NCBI GenBank assembly: GCA_035557035.1
Contig: DATMEE010000257.1
Span: 1 to 42,880 of the forward strand
DNA: 42,880 bases
Source: Phycisphaerae bacterium
Lineage (GTDB): Bacteria > Planctomycetota > Phycisphaerae > UBA1845 > UTPLA1
Direction of reading: 5' to 3'
Within the stretch, counting starts at the first letter, position 1; every line of letters starts with the position of its first letter. Made by a program: the position numbers and the translations under genes. Positions 10,200-17,993 of the stretch are shown piece by piece. The notes below the pieces were generated by a model, which made no database searches, had not been told where the DNA came from, and was given only the letters and a program-made list of their open reading frames with translations.

Positions 10200-11245
10200 G
10201 CGCCATCGACTTGCGCCGTCGATTTGTATCAGCGCGCCGGGGTAGCTTTGCGATCGGCTCGATTCTGGCCCTCGCGACCCTCGCGCGGTTTTCAATCGCA
10301 AACCCTTCTCAAGGGAAATCGAACGCCATCGAACACGCCGTCTCCGGGGCCCAGCCGGCCGTTGTCAAGCTCTACGGACGCGGGATCGGCCGCGAGCACG
10401 GCTATGGCACCGGATTTATTGTTTCGTCTGACGGTCAGATCGTTACCACGCAATCGCTGCTGGTCGCGGGGCGATCCATTCGCGCCGTGACTTCCGATGG
10501 CCGCGAATATGACGCCGATTTGGTTCGCCACGACGACTCCCGCAATCTGGCGCTGCTCAAGATCGACGGCAAGGACCTTCCGCATATCAGCTTGATTTCA
10601 AGTGACGCATTGCAGCCGGGCGATCCAGTGATCGCGCTCGGCAACTGGTTCAAGGTCGCCGAGGGAGAGGAGCCGGTCTCGGTGAGCCGCGGAATTCTCA
10701 GTCTGCGAACACAGCTCGACGCTCGCCGCCTGACACAGGATTTCGATTACGCCGGTCCGGTGCTCATCATCGACGCGATTACCGCGAACCCCGGCGCTCC
10801 GGGCGGGCCGCTTCTTGACATCGACGGGCGCTGCGTCGGCGTCATCGGACTCATCGTCGAGGCATCCGCGACGAACACGCGGCTGAATTACGCGGTTCCT
10901 GCCGAGGAGGTTGTTTCGTTTCTCAGCGGGCAATCGGCTCCGGCATCGCAGGGCGCCATCGAGGGAGCCGTCGAGGGCGAGCCGTTCCTCGGAATCCGTC
11001 TGTCGAAACTCGGGTTCCGCCAGGTCTCCGCCTATGTCGAGCGCGTGGTACCCGGATCGCCGGCAGCAGAGGCGGGCGTGAAAAAGGACGATCTGATTCT
11101 CACCGTCGATGGCCGGCACATCGCCGACGCAGAGAGTTTTGAAGAAGTCGTCAACGAGCTGAAGCCCGGACAGTCCATCGAAATCGTGCTCAAGCGGGGC
11201 GAGAAATTGATTCGCGCACCGGTGACCGTGGGCGTGAAAAAGTGA
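10196..11245 (+). CDS. HtrA-like PDZ protein, predicted catalytically inactive (pseudoprotease)
   Basis: ATG 10196 overlaps the upstream TGA (ATGA). The trypsin-fold scaffold is conserved (GTGFIVSSDGQIVTT..., LALLKIDG, GGPLLDIDGRCVGVIG). The triad positions read Ser87 (TTQSL versus TNxHV), Asn117 (SRNLALLK versus xxDLAxLK) and Pro202 (NPGAPGGP versus NxGNSGGP). The PDZ-like segment is YVERVVPGSPAAEAGVKKDDLILTVDG. Confidence 0.8.
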   Translation: MSAIDLRRRFVSARRGSFAIGSILALATLARFSIANPSQGKSNAIEHAVSGAQPAVVKLYGRGIGREHGYGTGFIVSSDGQIVTTQSLLVAGRSIRAVTSDGREYDADLVRHDDSRNLALLKIDGKDLPHISLISSDALQPGDPVIALGNWFKVAEGEEPVSVSRGILSLRTQLDARRLTQDFDYAGPVLIIDAITANPGAPGGPLLDIDGRCVGVIGLIVEASATNTRLNYAVPAEEVVSFLSGQSAPASQGAIEGAVEGEPFLGIRLSKLGFRQVSAYVERVVPGSPAAEAGVKKDDLILTVDGRHIADAESFEEVVNELKPGQSIEIVLKRGEKLIRAPVTVGVKK

Positions 11246-12405
11246 TGGCCAACGCGATCTTTCACCTCATGTGGGTTTCCGCCTGTGCGGTCAGCGGGAC
11301 CGAGGCGCCCGATATCGAGCGGGCCCGCGCGGCCGCGATCCGCGCCGCCGTCGCGCGCGCTTCAGCTTCAATCGTGAAAATCGAAACGATCGGCGGCGCG
11401 CAGCCCATCGTCGAAGCCGGGCCTCGGGGGCGCGCCGAAGAGGGCTTTCGCCTCGGAGAGGGACCGACCACGGGTCTCGTCTATTCGGCCGATGGCTACA
11501 TCATCACCAGCAGCTTCAACTTCGCGCGTGATCCCTCGATCATCACCGTCACCCTCCAGGACGGCCGGCGGTTGATCGCCAAGCTCCTCGGCCGCGACTA
11601 CATCCGCCGCCTCGCGCTGCTCAAGGTTGATGCCGCCGATTTGCCCGAACCGCAATGGCTGGCGACGGACGACCTTCGCGTGGGTCAATACGCCATCGCC
11701 TGCGGCCGGGCGTTGGGCGGCGATCAGGCGTCCATGTCGCTCGGGATCATCAGTGCGGTGGGACGGCGGAATGGCAACGCCATTCAGACCGACGCCAAAG
11801 TTTCGCCCATCAACTACGGCGGTCCGCTGCTCGACATTGAAGGCGCGGTCATCGGAATCCTCGTGCCGATGGCCGGCTCCGGTGGCGCGCTGGCCGGGGC
11901 CGAGTGGTATGACAGCGGCATCGGCTTCGCGATTTACCGCGACAAGATTGGTCTCGTGTTCGAGCGCCTTGCGGCGGGGGAGTCGATTGAGCAGGGTCGC
12001 ATCGGCATCGTACTGGCCGAGGATGAACCGAGTCTCTTTCCGTTTCTCGACAAGCTGCTGCCCGCCGCGAAGGGCGTGAAAATCAAGGAGGTCGCGCCGG
12101 ATTCGCCGGCTTCCCGCGCTGACCTTCGCGCGGGTGACAAGATCGTGGCTCTCGATGGACAGCCCACCGGAGACATCGCTGAAATGCAGCGCCGCCTGAG
12201 CGACCGCGCCGCGGGCGAGCAGATCAGGCTGTCCGTCAAGCGTCGCTGGCGAACGATTGAGGTCAGTCTGACCCTCGTCCGCCCCGCTGAAATCGGCAAG
12301 CCATCGGATTTGGAAGCCCCCGCGTCAGCGCCGACAACCACCCGCAACGCCGAAAGTCCCCCGGAAAGCGAACCGCCCGCCACGACACAACCGGATGGGA
12401 ATTAG
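11242..12405 (+). CDS. HtrA-like PDZ protein, predicted catalytically inactive (second pseudoprotease)
   Basis: GTG 11242 or ATG 11245 overlaps the upstream TGA. The scaffold is conserved (GLVYSADGYIITS, LALLKVDA, GGPLLDIEGAVIGI). The triad positions read Phe92 (TSSFN), Arg123 (IRRLALLK) and Tyr192 (SPINYGGP). The PDZ-like segment is VKIKEVAPDSPASRADLRAGDKIVALDG. The tail is Pro/Thr/Glu-rich. Confidence 0.8.
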   Translation: MMANAIFHLMWVSACAVSGTEAPDIERARAAAIRAAVARASASIVKIETIGGAQPIVEAGPRGRAEEGFRLGEGPTTGLVYSADGYIITSSFNFARDPSIITVTLQDGRRLIAKLLGRDYIRRLALLKVDAADLPEPQWLATDDLRVGQYAIACGRALGGDQASMSLGIISAVGRRNGNAIQTDAKVSPINYGGPLLDIEGAVIGILVPMAGSGGALAGAEWYDSGIGFAIYRDKIGLVFERLAAGESIEQGRIGIVLAEDEPSLFPFLDKLLPAAKGVKIKEVAPDSPASRADLRAGDKIVALDGQPTGDIAEMQRRLSDRAAGEQIRLSVKRRWRTIEVSLTLVRPAEIGKPSDLEAPASAPTTTRNAESPPESEPPATTQPDGN

Positions 12406-12419
12406 CGTCCCGGCGTTGG

Positions 12420-12890
12420 CTACTCCGGCTTGTCGCCGGTGAAATCGTAGACCCATTTTTCCACCGCCCGTGGATACTCCAACAGCTCCTCCGGTTTGAA
12501 ATACAGGCCGATCTCGAACGCCGCCGCCTCGGGCGAGTCCGACCCGTGGATGAGGTTGAAGCTGTTGGACAGGCCGAAATCGCCGCGGATCGTGCCCGGC
12601 TCGGCGTTGGAGCCGAAGGTGGCGCCCATCATCTTTCGTGCTACCGATATGGCATTATTTGCCGTCAGCACCAGCACGACGACCGGGCTGCTGGTGATGT
12701 ATTGCAGCAGCCGCGGATAAAACGGCTTGGCCTTGTGGACGCCATAGTGCTTCTCAGCCAGCTCGCGGCTGATCTGCATGGCCTTGAGCGCCAATATCTG
12801 AAAGCCCTTTTCCTCGAATCGTGTGATGATGCGGCCGGCCACGCCGCGCTGCAGGGCGTCGGGCTTGAGAATGATGAGAGTTTTCTCCAC
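12420..12890 (-). CDS. ndk: Nucleoside diphosphate kinase
   Basis: EKTLIILKPDALQRGVAGRIITRFEEKGF...NLIHGSDS carries the classic NDK fold and active-site His motif. I place the start at GTG 12890, preceded by AGGAGA with about 6 nt spacing, rather than the longer 12989 ORF start. Confidence 0.9.
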   Translation of the reverse strand: MEKTLIILKPDALQRGVAGRIITRFEEKGFQILALKAMQISRELAEKHYGVHKAKPFYPRLLQYITSSPVVVLVLTANNAISVARKMMGATFGSNAEPGTIRGDFGLSNSFNLIHGSDSPEAAAFEIGLYFKPEELLEYPRAVEKWVYDFTGDKPE

Positions 12891-13130
12891 GGAAATCTCC
12901 TGGTCCAAAGCAGATTGTTTCGATGGCAAAGCGCGGCAGTTTAGCGACTCCGGCCAGAACCTACAAAGGTCAACGAGGCACGCTATCACCGCGCCGTGAA
13001 CGGGGCGTCACCGAATGTTCATGTCAAATTCAGCGCATCGAGTCACAGTGTAGGTTGAAAACGCAATCGCCCGCCCAGGCTCGGATTCTCGCGGGAGCAT
13101 CCGGGCGGCGGAATTCTGAGAGGAACGGAT

Positions 13131-13292
13131 ATGCCCGAGGCATGGTCCAATAAAGATGAGCGGCAGTACGAGCATATCAAGAGCAGTGCGGCGAAAAAGG
13201 GCCGTTCAAAAAAAATCGCCAAACGCATCGCCGCGGCCACGGTAAACAAGACGCGAAAAAAACAGGGGCGAACGAAAAAGAAAACGCGCTAA
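13131..13292 (+). CDS. Small (53 aa) highly basic protein, below the ORF-track length cutoff
   Basis: ATG 13131 is preceded by GAGAGGAA. The translation is MPEAWSNKDERQYEHIKSSAAKKGRSKKIAKRIAAATVNKTRKKQGRTKKKTR, ending at TAA 13290-13292. The W-x-x-KDERQYEHIK...IAA-TVNK pattern matches a widespread small conserved protein family as I recall it, without a name I can vouch for. Confidence 0.55.
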   Translation: MPEAWSNKDERQYEHIKSSAAKKGRSKKIAKRIAAATVNKTRKKQGRTKKKTR

Positions 13293-13384
13293 GAGTGAGT
13301 TTGATGGAAAACTGAAAATTCGCTTTGAGCAAACGCCCCCGGCGTGCCTCCCGTGGGTCTTGCCATTCATTGTCGGATTTAGTC

Positions 13385-15010
13385 TCACCACGTGTAGCGC
13401 ACCGTATAGGTGATCGTCTTCTCCCCATCTGGGGGAACCATCACGTCGAAGTGAACCGTGCGCGCATCGATTTTCTCAAACTCGTCGCTCTTCTGCGTGA
13501 TTTCCCACGTGGTCCAGCGATAGAGATTCTCCTTGACGATGACTTTCTGCTCCTTGTTCTTGTGGTTGCGGAGCTGGATGCGGATCGACTCGGTCATGGT
13601 CTTGCGGCCGGTGTCCATCGTGAAATCGGTCTGCACGCGCTCGCCGACGACGTCGAAGGCCTGCCCGAGCTTGACGAGCACCTTCTCGTTTTTCGGCGTA
13701 TGGTCGATGAGGTCTTCACCGATGAACTCGAGCGTCCCGTCGGCGTCATCTTCCTTATAGACGCGGACCTTGCCCTTGGGCAGCGGCTTGCCCAGATTGT
13801 TGGCTTCCTCGTTCTTGAAGCGAACGTAGACGTCCAACTTCTTGTTCGTGGCCGTGCCGAGGTTGCGGTCCGAGGCCGGATCGGCAAAGTGCCAGTATTG
13901 TGACTCGGGCAGCCCGTAATAGACGAGCACCTTTTCGACGGTCACGTCTCGGGCCGTCGGGAAGAGCGTGATCTGCTGCGTCGTGTTCATCAGGATGTCC
14001 GTGCGCCGCGGCAGCGTATACAGGTGATACTCAAAAAACGATTTTTCCTGAAACCCGGCTTCGTCCTTGGCCATCATTTCCATCTCGCCGCCCCGGCCAG
14101 CATAAGCTCGCATCGGGTGCGCCGGCTGGATTCGCTGAACATCGCCGGCGATGAGCTTGAGCCGGGCATTTTTGTAGCCCGCCCCGGACAGATTGAGCAG
14201 GCTCACCCAGGCGCCAATGTCGGCCTTCGTATCCGCCTCATTCATGACCACGTTGTAGTCCGCCCGCCAGGTGAGGCCGGCGGTCTGATATGTCGTGCGG
14301 ATGGCATGTTCGCCGGCGGTGTCGGCGTGGATCTTCCACAGCAGCGTCGGCCGGGTGCGAAGGCCCTCTGGCAACTCGCCAAGCATGACCGACTGGCCCA
14401 TCCCGTTGACGATTCGCAGGCCGGCGTTGGTCTTGATGACCAGGCTGCCCTGCACGGCCGAAAGCAGCGTGCCCGAGACTTTTTCGGTCTTGTCGCCGGC
14501 ATGGACGACGATGGAGATTTCCTTGTCGAGATATTTTTCCAGCAGCTTCTCGGGACTGACGAGATCGAATTCGAAGTTCTGTTCCAGTACGGAAGTCCCA
14601 TCCGCGTCGGTCAGGTCGGCAAAGCTGACGGTGGTGGGGTCGATGAACTGAGCGACGTCGGTAAAGGGTAGATCGTTGTGCCCCGCGGCGAGATCGACCT
14701 TGCGGACTTCCTTCACGACGCCGAAGCCGGGAACCTGCCAGGCGTAATTCGGATTATTGCCGGCCCGCTGCTGGGAGATGAACTGCTGGGGGTCGAAGCC
14801 GGCCGGATCGGCCGAAGAATAGATTGTGACGGAAGGGCCCTCGCCGCTGTCATCCGCCCGTAACGGCGATGGGCTGAACATGATCGCCGCAAGCGCCAGC
14901 AGCAACATTTTCACACGAGAGACGGACGCCCGTTTAGCCGCGGCCCGACAGGGCCCCGGTGTCGCGGAAATGACTCGATCATACTCTTTGGAAAATCTCG
15001 CTGGAACCAT
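13385..15010 (-). CDS. Secreted DUF4139-like protein
   Basis: Long protein-like ORF. I choose ATG 15010 because AAGGAG sits 7 nt upstream (AAGGAGCATTTCATG). The hydrophobic signal segment is MLLLALAAIMFSPSPLRADD. The overall sequence (VTIYSSADP...VLEQNFEFDLVSPEKLLEKYLDKEISIVV...HLYTLPRRTDI) resembles DUF4139/DUF4140 proteins by recollection only. Confidence 0.65.
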   Translation of the reverse strand: MVPARFSKEYDRVISATPGPCRAAAKRASVSRVKMLLLALAAIMFSPSPLRADDSGEGPSVTIYSSADPAGFDPQQFISQQRAGNNPNYAWQVPGFGVVKEVRKVDLAAGHNDLPFTDVAQFIDPTTVSFADLTDADGTSVLEQNFEFDLVSPEKLLEKYLDKEISIVVHAGDKTEKVSGTLLSAVQGSLVIKTNAGLRIVNGMGQSVMLGELPEGLRTRPTLLWKIHADTAGEHAIRTTYQTAGLTWRADYNVVMNEADTKADIGAWVSLLNLSGAGYKNARLKLIAGDVQRIQPAHPMRAYAGRGGEMEMMAKDEAGFQEKSFFEYHLYTLPRRTDILMNTTQQITLFPTARDVTVEKVLVYYGLPESQYWHFADPASDRNLGTATNKKLDVYVRFKNEEANNLGKPLPKGKVRVYKEDDADGTLEFIGEDLIDHTPKNEKVLVKLGQAFDVVGERVQTDFTMDTGRKTMTESIRIQLRNHKNKEQKVIVKENLYRWTTWEITQKSDEFEKIDARTVHFDVMVPPDGEKTITYTVRYTW

Positions 15011-15207
15011 GAAATGCTCCTTTGCATCTATCACCGCGCGGCAGGCCCGCGCGCCGTGGCGCGCGCACGCGACGCCTTTGCTGACACGAGTGCGACTTCG
15101 CATTCGCGCCCATGAATTAGACGCCCGTGACCGCCGCCGGTTCCCGGCAGGCGCATCTGAAAGCGCGTTCCACCTTCCCACCTGCCGCACAGCCAAGCCG
15201 CTCCGCG

Positions 15208-15555
15208 TCAGTTCGGCCGCGCCGTCACCCAGGTCACATCGTCCCAGGTGACAAAATAAAGGTTGCGCTGGTCCTGTGCCTTCAGAATCAGAAAGGCGTC
15301 GTTGGAGGCGACCACTTTCCCGATGAGCTCACCTTCCTTGCTCGAATGGACGTGCGCTTCCAGCATCATGGCCTTGTCGCCGTGCGCGCCGAGCAGGTCG
15401 GCGAACTCGCCGTACCAGCCCTGGGCCGCGGCGCCTTTTCCCTTGGCCTGGGCCAGGTAATTCTGGGCCGAGCTTTCGCGGTTCCAGCCGTAGACGACGC
15501 ACAACGCGGCGGCCATCACGGCGACGGCGAGAATCTTCAATGCGCGGGGGGTCAT
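15208..15555 (-). CDS. Small secreted hypothetical protein (115 aa)
   Basis: ATG 15555 is preceded by AAGGAG with 7 nt spacing. The signal-like N-terminus is MTPRALKILAVAVMAAALCVVYG. No family recognised. Confidence 0.55.
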   Translation of the reverse strand: MTPRALKILAVAVMAAALCVVYGWNRESSAQNYLAQAKGKGAAAQGWYGEFADLLGAHGDKAMMLEAHVHSSKEGELIGKVVASNDAFLILKAQDQRNLYFVTWDDVTWVTARPN

Positions 15556-15888
15556 GGTGAATCTCCTTTGCATAATTTTGTAACAAGCCGGGTCTGTTCG
15601 GCGCGGCGGAGAATACACCGGGTTGGATCGATGGGAAAGCCGGAAGATCGAACGGCGTCAAGCCGATTGGCCGGCACGTCGAAACGCCCCACCACGGCGA
15701 ATAGACTTCGCGCCGAAATGGTGGAGCCACGAAGCACGAAGTCGAAAACTCAGGATTCTCAAGCGACCTTCCTGAATTCTCTTGAAAGTCGGGACGAGTT
15801 TGAATTGTGATGGAGGCGTTCATACCGATAGGCATGGCTCAGCGCTCCAGATGACAAAGTGAATTTCTGGTAGCAGCCGCCTAATATG

Positions 15889-16106
15889 CTAAACCGTTCG
15901 TCCGCTCTCGCTGGGTTTGGCGGACTTCGATACCTTCTTCATCATTTTCGGGGGCGAAAGCGCAGCGCTCCGGCATCGTTTCCAGCGATAAGATCGCGTG
16001 CGTAACTTCGGTGTGCCAAATCGCCGCGTTCGACGGCGAATGTTGCGCGAACGATTGCATCGAGGTCGTCGAGCGCCGGCGCTTCGATGATGACTTGAAA
16101 AGTCAT
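15889..16106 (-). pseudogene. ParE/RelE-family toxin remnant (frameshifted and truncated)
   Basis: ATG 16106 overlaps the antitoxin stop (ATGA). MTFQVIIEAPALDDLDAIVR is ParE-like. The family-like sequence then continues only in another frame (QHSPSNAAIWHTEVTHAILSLETMPERCAFAPENDEEGIEVRQ) and stops early. The C-terminal half of a normal ~95-aa toxin is missing or scrambled. Confidence 0.55.
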
Positions 16107-16396
16107 TGTTCGGGTGAAATACCGTACTTGATCCGCATTTCTTCGAGTGCTTCCCGGGCGGTCGTCCCTCGCCCTTCTTCTTGCTTTCCAGCCCCCGACG
16201 GATTCCTTCAAGCGACTCCAACCGGTCCAGCGTTTCGAGCAGCTCCCGATACGTTCTGGGCGTCCTGGACAACGAGTGCGTCTTGTCCGTTCACGGAAAG
16301 AAACTCCGGCGCGCCGGTCTGTTTCAATCGCTCGATGAACGAGGCGGGGTCGGCGGTGAACTCGTTGACGTCAAAGGTGTCGTTTACGCGAATCAT
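16103..16396 (-). pseudogene. Phd/YefM- or ParD-type antitoxin disrupted by two compensating frameshifts
   Basis: Frame A gives MIRVNDTFDVNEFTADPASFIERLKQTGAPEFLSVNGQDALVVQDAQ. The antitoxin-like sequence then continues in a second frame (YRELLETLDRLESLEGIRRGLESKKKGEGR). It returns to frame A for AREALEEMRIKYGISPEQ*. Frame A itself hits a TGA at 16208-16210. Confidence 0.55.
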
Positions 16397-16551
16397 GGGT
16401 GCTCCTCTTCAATTCCTATTCTATCTTAGGTGGCCGAACGGCCGCCACTCATTGACCTGCGCCCGATCGGAGCTGCCCCCGTCCGATGGCGGCGGCCACG
16501 CGAATCCCGAAATGCATGGCACGCCCAAGGGCACCGCGACTCTGCGATGAC

Positions 16552-16655
16552 TCCGCCGCTCCTTCGGAGCTGACTGGAATTAGGGTGCTTCGTGTCCACG
16601 GGTTCCGCTTCGCTCCACCCGCGGCTACAGCCCGTCGCCCCATTCGAGGCGAAGA
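16552..16655. repeat. Copy 1 of a ~100-nt structured intergenic repeat
   Basis: tccgccgctccttcggagc...cacgggttccgcttcgctccacccgcggctacagcccgtcgcc...gaggcgaag aligns by eye with 32939-33040 in the same orientation. There is a 26-nt identical core, cacgggttccgcttcgctccacccg, except for one position immediately 3' of it. It lies about 20 nt downstream of the MlaD-like stop. Confidence 0.7.
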
Positions 16656-16676
16656 TCAAGATCGTGTTGTGCGGGG

Positions 16677-17993
16677 TTACTTTGTGCCGAGCTGGCGCCA
16701 GACTTCCTGTTCGGCTTTTTCGTAGAGTTCGGCCGATTTTTTCAGGTCGGCCTGGATGCGGGCGAGGTCGGGGTCGTCGAGAGGGATGCCGCCTTCGTGG
16801 AGTTCGGCCAATGCGCGGAGCTGCGCGGTGGCGTCGTCGATGCGGGCGGCGGCCTCGGCGAAGCTGCGGGCGGCGTCCATGATGGCCTGCTGCTGCTGCT
16901 CGGTTTGCGTCGGCGCGTTCATGAGCCGCCAGGGATTGCGCAGCACGTACTTGAGGCCGGTCTTGATGTGGTCGGACGATTCCTTCAGGTTCATCAACAT
17001 GCGGTTGATGTTTTCGCGGTTGAGGACCATGACGTCACGGGTGGTTTTGGTGATGGTGTTTACGTCTTCGAGCGCCACCTTCACCAGCCGGCTCGTCTCC
17101 TTGAGGCGCGCGAGCAGGCTCTCCGGCCGCTCGGGGTCGGTCTCGTCGCGGATATTGGCGGACATGGTCTCGACACTGGTGAGCGTGTTGGCAATGGGTG
17201 CCTCGCCGGTGGCGAGGATGCGGGTGAGGATGCCGAGGCTGTCGTTGATGGCGTCCATGGCGGCGTGGAGTTTGGACAGGGTGACGTCGGACCGGGTAGG
17301 GTCGAACTCGCGGCGGAGGGACGAGGTGGTGATGCTGACGTTGTCGAGCACCTCGTGAAACTTTGCCAGCAACGTTGCGCGCTGTTCGGGCGTCAGTTCG
17401 TGGGCGAGCGAGGCGGTCATCGCGTTGATGTCGCCAAGCGACGTGTGCAGCTTGGCCATGAGCGATTCGGCGGCCTCGGGATCGAGCTGAATCCTAAGCT
17501 GGCCGATCAGACTGTTCGGATCGGTGCCGCTCAATTCGCCCTGCAGGGAGGCGAGGATGGCGGCGAACCCGCCGGGGTCGGTTCCCTTGATGTAGGCTCC
17601 GGTGAACACTTCCTCGGACTCGCCGAGATTGATTTTCACCAGTCCGTCGCCGCCGAGCGGGGGACCCTCGGCGAATGCCGAGCAGTCGGCACGCAGGACG
17701 ATGTCCGATCGCATCTCACCGCGCACCTCGACCTGATAATCTGGCGCGGACGCATCGGGATCGTCCGTAGGCACCAGTGACGAGGTAATGACGCGGCCGA
17801 TCTTCTGTCCGCCGATCAGAATGGCCGATCCCTCCGAGAGACCGGGCATGACGGGCGAGGGCGCGAAGCGAATGGCGATCGGCTTCATCTCGCCCTTGAG
17901 CCCCTTGCTGATCCAGAGCAGGACCGAGACGAAGACGGCGACCACGACGATCGTGAACAGCCCGAGCTTAAATGCGTTGCGTTCCTTGCGCAT
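16677..17993 (-). CDS. MlaD/MCE-domain protein with a long C-terminal helical extension
   Basis: The N-terminal TM segment is FKLGLFTIVVVAVFVSVLLWI. The MCE-like core is IAIRFAPSPVMPGLSEGSAILIGGQKIGRVITS. About 300 aa of helical, coiled-coil-like sequence follows. ATG 17993 overlaps the upstream TGA by 1 nt (TGATG); the track's 17996 start is a TTG one codon earlier. Confidence 0.75.
   Translation of the reverse strand: MRKERNAFKLGLFTIVVVAVFVSVLLWISKGLKGEMKPIAIRFAPSPVMPGLSEGSAILIGGQKIGRVITSSLVPTDDPDASAPDYQVEVRGEMRSDIVLRADCSAFAEGPPLGGDGLVKINLGESEEVFTGAYIKGTDPGGFAAILASLQGELSGTDPNSLIGQLRIQLDPEAAESLMAKLHTSLGDINAMTASLAHELTPEQRATLLAKFHEVLDNVSITTSSLRREFDPTRSDVTLSKLHAAMDAINDSLGILTRILATGEAPIANTLTSVETMSANIRDETDPERPESLLARLKETSRLVKVALEDVNTITKTTRDVMVLNRENINRMLMNLKESSDHIKTGLKYVLRNPWRLMNAPTQTEQQQQAIMDAARSFAEAAARIDDATAQLRALAELHEGGIPLDDPDLARIQADLKKSAELYEKAEQEVWRQLGTK

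Noticed and set aside
15329-15835. 168-aa minus-strand ORF spanning the spacer between the small secreted protein gene and the TA remnant
   Set aside because: It overlaps the better-supported 15208-15555 CDS in another frame. The composition is Arg/Pro/Gly-rich. At most its upstream end may contain scrambled remains of the ParE C-terminus.
16797-17780. 327-aa plus-strand ORF (and 16756-17358) opposite the MlaD-like gene
   Set aside because: These are Gly/Arg/Val/His-rich nonsense. The minus-strand product has a TM helix plus an MCE core and is coupled to the ABC ATPase.
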